Notes: generated from the sequence alone by a model not told the origin. DNA of 64,000 nucleotides from Myxococcota bacterium (GCA_041288095.1 JBGGMJ010000136.1:16031-80030); one strand, 5' to 3'; positions 10,399-19,708 are shown, counted from the stretch's first letter. Numbers and translations are program-made.

Positions 10399-10678
10399 TG
10401 CCGTGGCGGCGACGTTCCTGCGCCGCGGCCCAGTCTTCTTCGAAGCGCTCTTCGAGCGCCGCGCCATACACGCGGCGCATGATGGTCTGAACGAGCTCGA
10501 GCGGCATGCCGCGCTTGTCGCCATGGCCAATCAGGCCGCGCAGCGCGTCCCGACGCTGGCCGTCGCGCAGCCGCGCCTCCAAATCGGTCTCCCCGTCCTC
10601 GGGGCCCGAGCGGAAGAACTCGATGTCGCTGGTCGCACGGTCGATGAATCCAGGGGGAAGGGCGGCAAAAGCACTCAC
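10376..10678 (-). CDS. Small orphan hypothetical protein (100 aa)
   Basis: Perfect AAGGAGG SD 5 nt before GTG 10678; sigma54-type promoter upstream. Confidence 0.65.
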   Translation of the reverse strand: MSAFAALPPGFIDRATSDIEFFRSGPEDGETDLEARLRDGQRRDALRGLIGHGDKRGMPLELVQTIMRRVYGAALEERFEEDWAAAQERRRHGIRALSSQ

Positions 10679-10728
10679 GGTTGCCTCCTTTGGGGTGGCC
10701 GAGATGTGGATGTGTTGCACGGCGTGAG

Positions 10729-10744
10729 TGCAGCACACGTGCCA
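10729..10744 (-). promoter_or_regulatory. sigma54 (-24/-12) promoter
   Basis: Minus strand TGGCACG-TGTG-CTGCA (GG-N10-GC). Confidence 0.55.
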
Positions 10745-10888
10745 CGCCAACCACGTACTCCGCACCCCTCTTATCGGGATAACGAAGGTTTCTCGGGGAG
10801 TGAGGCCCGCGATCTGAGGAGCGCTGGAGGGCCGCTTTTCACCCAGATCGACCGTTCCGCGGGCGTACGCCGCCCCGCCCCCTTCGAG

Positions 10889-10915
10889 GCAACTCGGTCG
10901 GGCTACCGCCGATAT
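10889..10915 (+). promoter_or_regulatory. sigma28/FliA-like promoter
   Basis: GCAA-N15-GCCGATAT, 17 nt upstream of ATG 10933. Confidence 0.55.
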
Positions 10916-10932
10916 GAACTAGACCCCGTACC

Positions 10933-12108
10933 ATGCGGACCTTACCCAACAAGAGCGCGGATCCCACCGTCGTTCGACGGAACCGTGTGCTTCGCTTCGG
11001 CCTCGACGGTTCTCGGGCCGCTAGCCTTGCGCCGGAACCGCGTCGCGCTCTCGCCCTACTACGGGCACTTGAGCTCGCCGGCAACGGGTCCGGCGCCAAG
11101 ACCCTGCTCGGTTTCGGCGGCGCTACTCTGGAGTGCGAAGCGACCACCCCGACCATCAAGGCGTCCACCTGCGAGCGTATCGCCCGCGCCATGCGCGACA
11201 AGGGCTACCCGCTCACCGATCGCGGCGTGAAGCTGTTCAAGATGGAGCATGGCTTCTCGGGCTTGGTGCGGATTGGCCCGGACGTTGCCCAAGCGTACGT
11301 GCGCTGGGCCGGCGGCAAGAGCACCCGCGTCGAAGTCTCCGAGGTCGATGAGACGACGCGCGAGGAGCGCCGCGCCATCGAGATTCTCCGCATCATCGGA
11401 CGCGAGCCCGATGAGCTCAAAGAGGTGTTCAAGGTTCTCGGGCTGCCGCGCTTTCGCCGCGGCGAGACCGTCGATCTCGGCAAGACCCATGGCCAAGCCC
11501 TGCTCTCCTGGGCCTCGGGCATGTCCTGGTCGTTCGACGACGACGGCTGGAAGCGCATCGCCAAGGCGTCTGGCGAACGCGATAGCGGAGCCCGCGTCAC
11601 CGCCACCATCGCGCACTTCGTTCGCGACACCCTGCTCGGCGCCGGTGAGCCCGAGCACGACTACCGCAAGCAGACCTTCGGCGAGCACACCGTCAACGCC
11701 CGCACGCTCAAGATGCTGCAGCAGGTCCAGCGCACCCTGCATGGCCGCCTGAAGGTTCGTCTCATCCGTGGCTCGTACACCGGCGGCGACGACGACCGGG
11801 GCGCCCACCCGCATCAGGGCGGTGGCGCGGTCGACCTCTCGGTTCGTGGCATGGGCGCCGCGGACATCGACCAGCTCGTCCTGGCCCTGCGCGAGGCCGG
11901 GTTCGCGGCTTGGTACCGTGCCCGCGAGGACCGCCCGCACGTTCACGCCGTCGCCGTTGGCGACCGCGAGATGTCCGCTTCAGCGGCGTGGCAAGTACGC
12001 GCCTATTTCCGTGGGCGCGACGGCCGCAGCCATGCTGGACCCGACGCCCACAAGCACCTCTCGATTCGGCTCCCAAAATGGTTGGCGCGCTACCGCTTGG
12101 GCGCCTGA
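10933..12108 (+). CDS. Hypothetical protein with C-terminal LAS/M15-like Zn peptidoglycan peptidase domain
   Basis: GSY...HQGGGAVD (H-x6-D)...LREAGFAAWYR...HVH; no N-terminal signal peptide. Confidence 0.7.
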   Translation: MRTLPNKSADPTVVRRNRVLRFGLDGSRAASLAPEPRRALALLRALELAGNGSGAKTLLGFGGATLECEATTPTIKASTCERIARAMRDKGYPLTDRGVKLFKMEHGFSGLVRIGPDVAQAYVRWAGGKSTRVEVSEVDETTREERRAIEILRIIGREPDELKEVFKVLGLPRFRRGETVDLGKTHGQALLSWASGMSWSFDDDGWKRIAKASGERDSGARVTATIAHFVRDTLLGAGEPEHDYRKQTFGEHTVNARTLKMLQQVQRTLHGRLKVRLIRGSYTGGDDDRGAHPHQGGGAVDLSVRGMGAADIDQLVLALREAGFAAWYRAREDRPHVHAVAVGDREMSASAAWQVRAYFRGRDGRSHAGPDAHKHLSIRLPKWLARYRLGA

Positions 12109-12129
12109 TCGCTTATTCTTTGGCTACCG

Positions 12130-12603
12130 ATGTACGCGACCGCGCTCGAGCCCTCCTTCCGCGTAGCCACCCCGGCGGACCATGCCGTCGTCGTTCGTCT
12201 GCTCGAGGAGCTGGTGGATGAGCTCGGGCCGCCCGACATGGCCGCGAAGGTCAAAAGTCGCCTCGACGAGGACATCGACGCCGCCTTCGCGAGCAACCGC
12301 GTCCGCATCTTCCTGGCGGAGATGAACGGCCAAGTTGTCGGCCTCGGCCGGGCCGACGTGCTCACGACCGACCCGATCTTCCGCCTTCGCGACGACCAGC
12401 GTTGCGGCTACGTCGACCAGATGTTCGTCCGCCCCGGCCACCGCGACCGTGGCATCGGCTCGCATCTCCTCAAGCTTTGCGAGGACTGGTTCCGCGAGCA
12501 AGGCATCGGCCACGCCTTGCTCCACGCGGCGCCGAAGGCAGTGCGCTTCTACGGACGCGAGGGCTATCAAGCCAACCGCGAGATGTTCAAGCGGCTCACC
12601 TAG
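12130..12603 (+). CDS. GNAT family N-acetyltransferase
   Basis: MFVRPGHRDRGIGSHLL acetyl-CoA binding motif A; AVRFY..EGY motif B. Confidence 0.88.
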   Translation: MYATALEPSFRVATPADHAVVVRLLEELVDELGPPDMAAKVKSRLDEDIDAAFASNRVRIFLAEMNGQVVGLGRADVLTTDPIFRLRDDQRCGYVDQMFVRPGHRDRGIGSHLLKLCEDWFREQGIGHALLHAAPKAVRFYGREGYQANREMFKRLT

Positions 12604-14318
12604 AAGAGCTTCTCGACCTCCGCGGTCGTGAGCCTGCGATGCACCGGGGGGCAATGGTCGGTGGCGCTGGCGCCGTCGCTCTCGTCGAGAGCGGCGAGCA
12701 AGCCGTCTATGGTCCCGGTCAGCGCCGGCGCATGGCGAGCGCAGCGCGCGAGTATCTCGTCCTGTGATGCGCCCATGCTCGCGATGAGCTCCGCCACCAA
12801 CGCCGTGACATCCGCCCCGACGAGCGGCGCCGGGAGGCCACGCACCGCGAAGCGCTCCGGACCCACGGGCTCGATCTCGAAGCCATACGCCGCGAGGCTC
12901 TCCCAGTGCTCCTCGAGCTCGGTCGAGGCCGCGATCGTCTCGGGAAAGAGCAACGGCTGCGAGGCAATGGTTCCGTTCGCCGTCTCCCGCCGCAAGCGCT
13001 CGTAGGCGATGCGCTGATGCGCCGCGCGCTCGTCGATCAAGACCAGGTCGCCTTCGCCTTCACAAACGATGTAGCGGCCCAGAGCCTCACCAATCGGCGT
13101 CAGGCCGGCGAAATACCCTTGGCGATCGAGCGGCAGCTCCATCGGGACATAGTGCGAAGGTTCCCGCGGTCGGTCCGCGATCGACGAGACGGGTCGCTCC
13201 GGGGCCGTCGGATAGCGCCACGGCTCCGGCTCCTTTTCGAAGTACGCCTCGGTCGCGCGCCGGACCCCCGCGAGGTGCCCCTGCATCCAAGGCGTCCCAG
13301 AGAGCACTCCCGTCAGCGCGGCGCCGATGACCCGGAACACCACCTGTCCATCGCGAAACCGCACCTCGAGCTTCTGCGGGTGCACGTTCACGTCGACCGC
13401 GTCCGCCGCGACCTCGATATGCACCACGCACACCGGGTAGCGGCCGCGCTCCACCAACGAGCGGTAGCCATCGAGCACTGCCCGTTGCAGCATGCGGTCG
13501 CGTACGAACCGCCCATTGACGAAGAACCACAAGCCCTTGGTGTCGCCGCGGGCGGCCTCGGGGTCAGTCACGTAGCCGCTGATGTGGACGTCATCGCGTG
13601 TCAGCGAAAACGGATAAACCTTGTCGACCTTGGCCCCCAGCGCGGCGATCAAGCGCGCTTCGTCGGTTGCGTCCTCGGGCACATCGAGGAGCCGCCGCTC
13701 GCCGTTGGTCACGACGATGCCGCATTCGCTCGCTCCGAGCACGACGCGGAGCGCGGCTTCGACGACGTGGGCCTGCTCGGTGGCGGGCGAGCGCATGAAC
13801 TTGCGCCGTGCCGGGGTGTTGAAGAACAGGTCATCCACCTCGATGCAGGTGCCGACCGGGGCTCCGACCTCGGTGACGCTCTCGACCTCGCCCGCGACCG
13901 CCCTGATGCGCGTCGCCGTCACATCGAGCGCACGCCGCGTCGTCAATGTCAGGCGCGAGATCGAAGCGATCGACGACAGGGCCTCGCCGCGAAACCCCAG
14001 CGTGCGAATCGCGAACAGATCATCGGGGTGCGCGAGCTTGCTGGTCGCGTGGCGCAAGAGCGAAGTCTTGGCGTCGCGCGGTGACATCCCGCGGCCATCG
14101 TCCTCGACGGCGATGCGTGACAACCCACCCTCGACGACGTCGACCTTGATGTGGCGGGCACCGGCGTCGATGGCGTTCTCGACCAGCTCTTTGACGACGG
14201 ATGCGGGACGCTCGATGACCTCACCCGCCGCGATGCGGTCGATGAGGTCGCTCGGCAAGACGCGAATCCGCGCCTCGTCGGTCGTGTCCCGTGTCGTCGC
14301 GCTCAAGCCGTCGACCAT
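12600..14318 (-). CDS. mutL: DNA mismatch repair protein MutL (degenerate C-terminal endonuclease motifs)
   Basis: IAAGEVIERPASVVKELVENAIDAG, GFRGEAL, DVNVHPQKLEVRF; start uncertain. Confidence 0.92.
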   Translation of the reverse strand: MVDGLSATTRDTTDEARIRVLPSDLIDRIAAGEVIERPASVVKELVENAIDAGARHIKVDVVEGGLSRIAVEDDGRGMSPRDAKTSLLRHATSKLAHPDDLFAIRTLGFRGEALSSIASISRLTLTTRRALDVTATRIRAVAGEVESVTEVGAPVGTCIEVDDLFFNTPARRKFMRSPATEQAHVVEAALRVVLGASECGIVVTNGERRLLDVPEDATDEARLIAALGAKVDKVYPFSLTRDDVHISGYVTDPEAARGDTKGLWFFVNGRFVRDRMLQRAVLDGYRSLVERGRYPVCVVHIEVAADAVDVNVHPQKLEVRFRDGQVVFRVIGAALTGVLSGTPWMQGHLAGVRRATEAYFEKEPEPWRYPTAPERPVSSIADRPREPSHYVPMELPLDRQGYFAGLTPIGEALGRYIVCEGEGDLVLIDERAAHQRIAYERLRRETANGTIASQPLLFPETIAASTELEEHWESLAAYGFEIEPVGPERFAVRGLPAPLVGADVTALVAELIASMGASQDEILARCARHAPALTGTIDGLLAALDESDGASATDHCPPVHRRLTTAEVEKLF

Positions 14319-14361
14319 GCCCGATGGGCGACCAGATGGGCAATCGCGCCGAGCGAGGTCT

Positions 14362-15252
14362 CTAGAGGCAGACGCGGTTGCGACCGCCTTGCTTGGCTTC
14401 ATAGAGCTTCGCGTCCGCCTGCGCGATGAAGTCGGTGCCGGTGATGTCCTGCTCGCCGCGCCCCGCCGTGCGAATGCCGAGGCTCACGGTCACCTTGATG
14501 CGCTTTTGCGCGAACATGAAGTGCTTCTCTTCGATCTTCGAGCGCAGCTTCTCGCAAACCTGCGCCGCGCCCTCGAGCTCGACCTCGGGCAAGATGAGCG
14601 AGAACTCTTCTCCGCCATAGCGGGCAAAGACGTCTTCGCGGCGAATGTTCTGCGACACGATGTTCGCAAGCTCACGCAACACGTAGTCGCCGGCCAGGTG
14701 GCCGTGAGTGTCGTTGATCTGCTTGAAGTGATCGATGTCGAACATGACGAGCGACATGGCGCGGCCGTAGCGCTGAGAGCGGTTGAGCTCGCGCTCGAGC
14801 GTCTCCTGGAAGTAGCGCTTGTTGTAGGCCTGTGTGAGACCGTCGATGGTCGTCAGGCGGTAGATCTCTTCGTGGAACTTGCTCTCGATGTTCGAGCCCG
14901 AGAGGTACTTGAAGATGGTCTGGCCGAGGCGGATGACGTCGCCGTCGCGCAGCTCGCGCTCCTCGGCCGCCTCGTCGTTGACGAAAGTGCCGTTGGTCGA
15001 GCCCATATCGAAGAGCGTGAAGCGGCCGGCGCTGTTCACGATCTTGCAGTGCTGGCGCGAAATGCTGTCCTGGTCGACCTGGATGTTCGCTGACTCGGAG
15101 CGGCCGATGATCTGCTCGGGTCGGTCCAAGAAGTAACGGCGGCCGATGTTGGCGCCGTAGAAGACCACCAAGCAAGCCTGCCCGCTTGGACGTACGCGCT
15201 CGCCAAGGCCCTGCGTAACAACGGTTACGACGGTTTCGCGTTCACGAGCCAT
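14362..15252 (-). CDS. FHA-domain diguanylate cyclase
   Basis: FHA (IGR, ISRQH, GSTNGTFVN) plus GGEEF active site with RxxD (RRED) I-site. Confidence 0.92.
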   Translation of the reverse strand: MARERETVVTVVTQGLGERVRPSGQACLVVFYGANIGRRYFLDRPEQIIGRSESANIQVDQDSISRQHCKIVNSAGRFTLFDMGSTNGTFVNDEAAEERELRDGDVIRLGQTIFKYLSGSNIESKFHEEIYRLTTIDGLTQAYNKRYFQETLERELNRSQRYGRAMSLVMFDIDHFKQINDTHGHLAGDYVLRELANIVSQNIRREDVFARYGGEEFSLILPEVELEGAAQVCEKLRSKIEEKHFMFAQKRIKVTVSLGIRTAGRGEQDITGTDFIAQADAKLYEAKQGGRNRVCL

Positions 15253-15261
15253 ATGCTGCGA

Positions 15262-16623
15262 TCAGGATACCCGATTTTTGACTGCTTCACGTGTCAGAAC
15301 GCGATCGGCATCGCGCTCGTAACCCGGCCGGCCAAGCAGCCCGGCGGCCATACGCTTCCCTGCCTCGATGCCCGGCTCGTCGAATGGATTGATGCCCATG
15401 GTGTACCCGGTGCAGGCGCAAGCCGCCTCGAGAAGGACGAACAAGCCCCCGATGTGGGTGGCGTCGACCTGGTCGAGCCCGATGTCGAGCACTGGAACTC
15501 CTGCATCAAGCAACATCGCACGGGTGGCCCGCAATTCCGCCGCCAGCACCTCCGACAGGTCGCGCCCGCCGAGAAACGCGGCTTCCTCGCGGTCCGACAG
15601 CTCGTCAGGGACCGGCAAGGCGCGCTGGAACTTCTTCACCTTGACGAGCATCACGGCCTTGTCCTTGGGCCCTTCGATGAAGAGCTGCAGCTGCGCGTGC
15701 TGATCGGTGACACCGAGCGCCGGCACCGGGGTCTGTCCGGCGTTGACCACCTGGCCATGACGGTCGAGGCGCTTCCCCAGTGACTCCGCCCAGAGCTGAA
15801 CGAACCAGCTGGTGACGACGCGCAGCGAGTCGGCGTAGGGCATCATCACCAGGGTGCGACGCGAGAGCTCACGCTCGACGAGCACCGCCCAAGCCGCCAT
15901 CAAGGTCGCTGGGTTCTGTTGCAGGTCGTCGCTGGTGACGCGCTCGACCATGTCGGCGGCGCCTTGCAGGACCTCGCGGACGTCGACGCCACAGAACGCC
16001 GCCGGCAAGAGCCCGACGGGCGACAGAACGCTATAGCGGCCGCCAACGTTTTCTGGGATCTCGAAAGCGCGGATGCCCTCGCTATCGGCGACCTCGCGCA
16101 ACAGGCCCGAGCTCTTGGCGGTGATGAAGGTCATGCGCGAGCGGGCTTCGCCAGCGCCGAGCGTCACCCGCAGCCAGCGACGCATGACGAGGAGCTGCGC
16201 CAAGGTCTCGACCGTACCACCACTCTTGCTGATGACGACGACCGCGCTGCGCGAGGGATCGAGGCGATCGAGCAACATGCCGACCGAGTCAGGATCGATG
16301 TTGTCGAGGAAGTGAACGCGCCCAGGCCGCTCGGTGGTGTGGCGGAGCGCCGCCGTGAGGGCCTGGCCGCCCATGCTCGAGCCGCCGATGCCGAGGACGA
16401 CCAGATCGTCGGCAATCGAGCGCAGCCTGTTCACCTCGTTGGTGACCGAGCGCAGGAGGTCGTTGCGGGCCGGCAGGTCGTAGAAGCCGACGTCCCCACC
16501 GCGCCGGCTCATGAGCTCCCGGTGCGCCGTCTTGAGCGACGGTGCCAACTTCGCGAGTGCGTCCCGCGACAGGCCTTGCTCGAGGACCGGCGCAAACAGC
16601 CCGTCGATGCCGACCGAGATCAT
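15262..16623 (-). CDS. pgi: Glucose-6-phosphate isomerase
   Basis: LGIGGSSMG, ISKSGGTVET, GGRYSVLS, QLWAESLGK, NPFDEPG(I)E. Confidence 0.93.
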   Translation of the reverse strand: MISVGIDGLFAPVLEQGLSRDALAKLAPSLKTAHRELMSRRGGDVGFYDLPARNDLLRSVTNEVNRLRSIADDLVVLGIGGSSMGGQALTAALRHTTERPGRVHFLDNIDPDSVGMLLDRLDPSRSAVVVISKSGGTVETLAQLLVMRRWLRVTLGAGEARSRMTFITAKSSGLLREVADSEGIRAFEIPENVGGRYSVLSPVGLLPAAFCGVDVREVLQGAADMVERVTSDDLQQNPATLMAAWAVLVERELSRRTLVMMPYADSLRVVTSWFVQLWAESLGKRLDRHGQVVNAGQTPVPALGVTDQHAQLQLFIEGPKDKAVMLVKVKKFQRALPVPDELSDREEAAFLGGRDLSEVLAAELRATRAMLLDAGVPVLDIGLDQVDATHIGGLFVLLEAACACTGYTMGINPFDEPGIEAGKRMAAGLLGRPGYERDADRVLTREAVKNRVS

Positions 16624-16657
16624 GCTGCCAAGGGCTTATGAGAGCCTTAAGGGAGGG

Positions 16658-17518
16658 TCAAGGCGGGAGGAGACTCAGGGGGTTTTCGGCGGCCACCCCG
16701 CGACGCACCTCGAAGTGCAAATGAGGCCCCGTAGCGTGTCCTGTGGACCCTAGGGTCGCGATCGCCTGGCCTTGCTTCACCCGCTGGCCTTTGTTCACCA
16801 GATTCTTGGCGTTGTGCGCATAGACGGTCACCAGGCTCCCGGCGTGGCGCACCAACACGAGGTTGCCGTAGCTGCCGTGGGTGTCGGCGAAGATGACGTC
16901 ACCAGCGGCAGCGGCCTTGATGGCGGTGCCGGGCGCCGCGCCGATGTCGACGCCGTCGTGACCCTTGCCGTTGCGCGAGCCGAAGCGGGAAGTGACCACG
17001 CCCTCGACCGGCCAGACGAGCTGGTACTTGCGCTTACCGACGGGGCCAGAGAGCGGCGAGCCGGAGACCGCGCTCTTGCCGACGGGGATGGGCGTCGCGG
17101 GCGTCACGAGGGTGGACGTCTTGCTCGGCGCTTCGGCCTCTGGAGACGTGGCGTTACGAGCTTTGAGCGCCGCGAGAGCCGCTTGGGTCTTCGCCGACGG
17201 ACCCGCGCTCTCGGGGGCCATGCCACCGCCAACCACGAGCGTTTGCCCTACCCTGACGCTGTTACCGTCGAGGTTGTTCTTGGCGCGCAGGTCGGTGACC
17301 GACATGGCGAAGCGCTGCGAGATCCGCCAAAGCGTATCGCCCGGCTGCACCACGTATTGGCTGGCCTGGGCGGCGACCGCGGCGCCGGCCGAACGCGTGG
17401 CGACGTCGACGTGAGCCCCGATTCCCGGCGTCGTGCCGACGAGCGGCGCGGCGTAGGCGCTCGCGCACCAGGTCGAGAACAGGAAAATGCCGAGCAGCGC
17501 TTGTGACCAACGAACCAC
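16658..17518 (-). CDS. LysM + M23 metallopeptidase (NlpD-like)
   Basis: Signal peptide, YVVQPGDTLWRIS LysM, HDGVD and HLHFEVR; follows surE; start uncertain. Confidence 0.88.
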   Translation of the reverse strand: MVRWSQALLGIFLFSTWCASAYAAPLVGTTPGIGAHVDVATRSAGAAVAAQASQYVVQPGDTLWRISQRFAMSVTDLRAKNNLDGNSVRVGQTLVVGGGMAPESAGPSAKTQAALAALKARNATSPEAEAPSKTSTLVTPATPIPVGKSAVSGSPLSGPVGKRKYQLVWPVEGVVTSRFGSRNGKGHDGVDIGAAPGTAIKAAAAGDVIFADTHGSYGNLVLVRHAGSLVTVYAHNAKNLVNKGQRVKQGQAIATLGSTGHATGPHLHFEVRRGVAAENPLSLLPP

Positions 17519-17571
17519 AGCGCACCCTAACGTGGGGCCATGTGGTCGCGCCAACTTTTTGCCGGGGAACT

Positions 17572-18399
17572 TCAGGGCTTTTTCATCACCGGATGCGGCA
17601 GCGGCGAGTTTCCCAGCCGATCGGGCGCGCGCGGGAAGCCGTCGATCTCGATGGTCCGGGTGACCTCGAGCGAGCGGTAGTCCGTGAGATCGTAGTGGAT
17701 GGGCGTGATCGCCACGAGACCGTCCGCGATAGCGTTCACGTCGCTGTCGGGGATGTCGTCGTGACCTTGGCGCGTACCGCCAATCCAGTAGTACGGCCGG
17801 CCGCGCGGGTCGACGCGCTCGGCGACCTTGTCGGCCCAATTGTTGAAGCCGAGACGGCAGACCTTGGTGCCTTTGATCTGATCGAGCGGACGGTTCGGCA
17901 CGTTGACGTTCAAGAGCACGCCGCGCGGCAAGGTCACGTGCTCGAGCGAGGCGACGAGCCGCGCCACGATCTCGGCGGCGGTCTCGAAGTGCGGCTCCTG
18001 CGCCTCGGCGGCGTTTTCACCGAGGCACAGCGACACCGCGATGGCCTTGAAGCCAAACATCGCGGCTTCCATCGCCGCGGACACGGTCCCCGAATAGATG
18101 ACGTCGTTCCCGAGGTTCGGTCCGTGGTTGATGCCGCTCACCACGATGTCCGGCCCCTGCTTCAGGATGTGATGCAGACCCACATAGACGGAGTCTGTGG
18201 GTGTCCCACTTACCGAGAACTCGCGCTCCCCAACCTTGCGAACCCGCAACGGCACGTGCAGCGAAATCGAGTGCGACGTAGCGCTCTGCTCGCGGTCAGG
18301 AGCGGTCACCCAGACCTCACCAAGGTCCGCCAGCCGTCCCGCGAGGGTCCGGAGCCCCCGAGCATGAATCCCATCGTCGTTCGCGAGAAGCAGCCTCAT
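17572..18399 (-). CDS. surE: 5'/3'-nucleotidase SurE
   Basis: LLANDDG, APDREQSATS, GTPTDSV, SGINHGPNLG..YSGTV. Confidence 0.95.
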   Translation of the reverse strand: MRLLLANDDGIHARGLRTLAGRLADLGEVWVTAPDREQSATSHSISLHVPLRVRKVGEREFSVSGTPTDSVYVGLHHILKQGPDIVVSGINHGPNLGNDVIYSGTVSAAMEAAMFGFKAIAVSLCLGENAAEAQEPHFETAAEIVARLVASLEHVTLPRGVLLNVNVPNRPLDQIKGTKVCRLGFNNWADKVAERVDPRGRPYYWIGGTRQGHDDIPDSDVNAIADGLVAITPIHYDLTDYRSLEVTRTIEIDGFPRAPDRLGNSPLPHPVMKKP

Positions 18400-18551
18400 T
18401 GCGCCGACGCCTCTAGCAACCCCACACCCACCCAGCAAGTGCGGGGCGGGGCGACAACGCTGCGCAGCTTAGACGGGAACGATCGTGCTCCCCCCGTCCC
18501 GCGCTCTGCCTCCGAAGATGTCTCGGCGAACAAGCGGTGCGGAAATTCTGA

Positions 18552-18626
18552 TCGGGGCGAGAGGATTTGAACCTCCGACCCCTTGACCCCCAGTCAAGTG
18601 CGCTAACCAGGCTGCGCTACGCCCCG
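18552..18626 (-). tRNA. tRNA-Pro (GGG)
   Basis: CGGGGCGTAGCGCAGCCTGGTTAGCGC...CT-GGG-GG...GGTTCAAATCC...GCCCCGA; CCA not encoded. Confidence 0.97.
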
Positions 18627-18789
18627 ATCAATGTGGGTGGGCGTGTAACGCAGTCGACCCCGCGAGCGCAAGCCTTCGATTTCCGCTCGCTAAAATCGAT
18701 AGTTGCGCCGTACTTACGTTTGACGGGTATGTAGGCCTGCGAGTATTTTTTGGAGTGTGGCCGGTGTCGGGGGGCATTTGGTCGATGCG

Positions 18790-19698
18790 ATGCGTAACCA
18801 ACACTACGCGCTGATCATCCTCGACTCGAACGGTCGCACCGTCGGCCGTCGTCGCATCGCGCGTTCCACGCTAAAGCGGACAGCCATCGCCGCCGGCGTC
18901 TTCGTCTTCCTTTGCATGGCGGCGGCGGTACACGCGCTCATCGCGCGGCCGCAGGCCCGCGCCTCGCATGCCCTGTCCCTCGAGAACGCCGACTTGCGCG
19001 AGCTCACCCGCAGGCTCGACGACCAGATCCCCGAGCTGCGTCGCATCGCGCTCGGCGCCGGAGTCGAGTTCGATCAAGTCTGGGCGAAGAGCGGCCTCGG
19101 CGTGCAAGCTCGCGGGCTCGCCGTCGGTCCGGTCGGGTCCTCCGCGAAAACGGACGCGTCACCGGAGGTCAAGAGCGTCATCTCGACCATGGAGCCCATC
19201 GAGCTGCCGCTCGAATACGAGCGCATCCTCGGAGACGGCCGCAAAGCCCGCGCCGAGCTCGGCGAGCTGCTCGAGTACTTCCACGATGCCGAGCGCATGC
19301 TCTCGAACACGCCGTCGCTGCGCCCTGCCCGCTCTCCTTGGATCACCAGCGGCTTCGGCCGGCGCAACGACCCCGTCCATGGTGGCCTCGCGGTGCACAA
19401 AGGCATCGACATCGGCGGCCAAAACGGCACCGAGGTGTTCGCTCCAGCGGACGGCACCATCATCTTCGTGGGCAGGCGTGGCGGTTACGGCAACGTCATC
19501 GTCGTCGACCACGGCTACGGTTTGCAGACGCACTACGCCCACTTGAGCAAGTTCCGCTGCCACGTGGGCGATGCCGTGAAGCGCGGCGATACCCTCGCCG
19601 ACATGGGCAGCACCGGTAAGTCGACGGGACCGCACTTGCACTACGAGGTGCGACGTTTTGGTCGCCCGCTGGACCCGTCCCGCTTTATCCTGGATTGA
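18790..19698 (+). CDS. M23 family metallopeptidase with N-terminal TM and coiled coil
   Basis: HKGID, YAHLS, STGPHLHYEV; alternative GTG start at 18757. Confidence 0.9.
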   Translation: MRNQHYALIILDSNGRTVGRRRIARSTLKRTAIAAGVFVFLCMAAAVHALIARPQARASHALSLENADLRELTRRLDDQIPELRRIALGAGVEFDQVWAKSGLGVQARGLAVGPVGSSAKTDASPEVKSVISTMEPIELPLEYERILGDGRKARAELGELLEYFHDAERMLSNTPSLRPARSPWITSGFGRRNDPVHGGLAVHKGIDIGGQNGTEVFAPADGTIIFVGRRGGYGNVIVVDHGYGLQTHYAHLSKFRCHVGDAVKRGDTLADMGSTGKSTGPHLHYEVRRFGRPLDPSRFILD

Positions 19699-19708
19699 TC
19701 GCCGCGCA

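Noticed and set aside
13621..15093. Long antisense or alternate-frame ORFs (e.g. 13621..15093, 45226..47145, 28794..30200, 53403..54839, 26513..27946)
   Set aside because: Shadow ORFs expected in high-GC DNA opposite well-supported genes; no recognisable motifs
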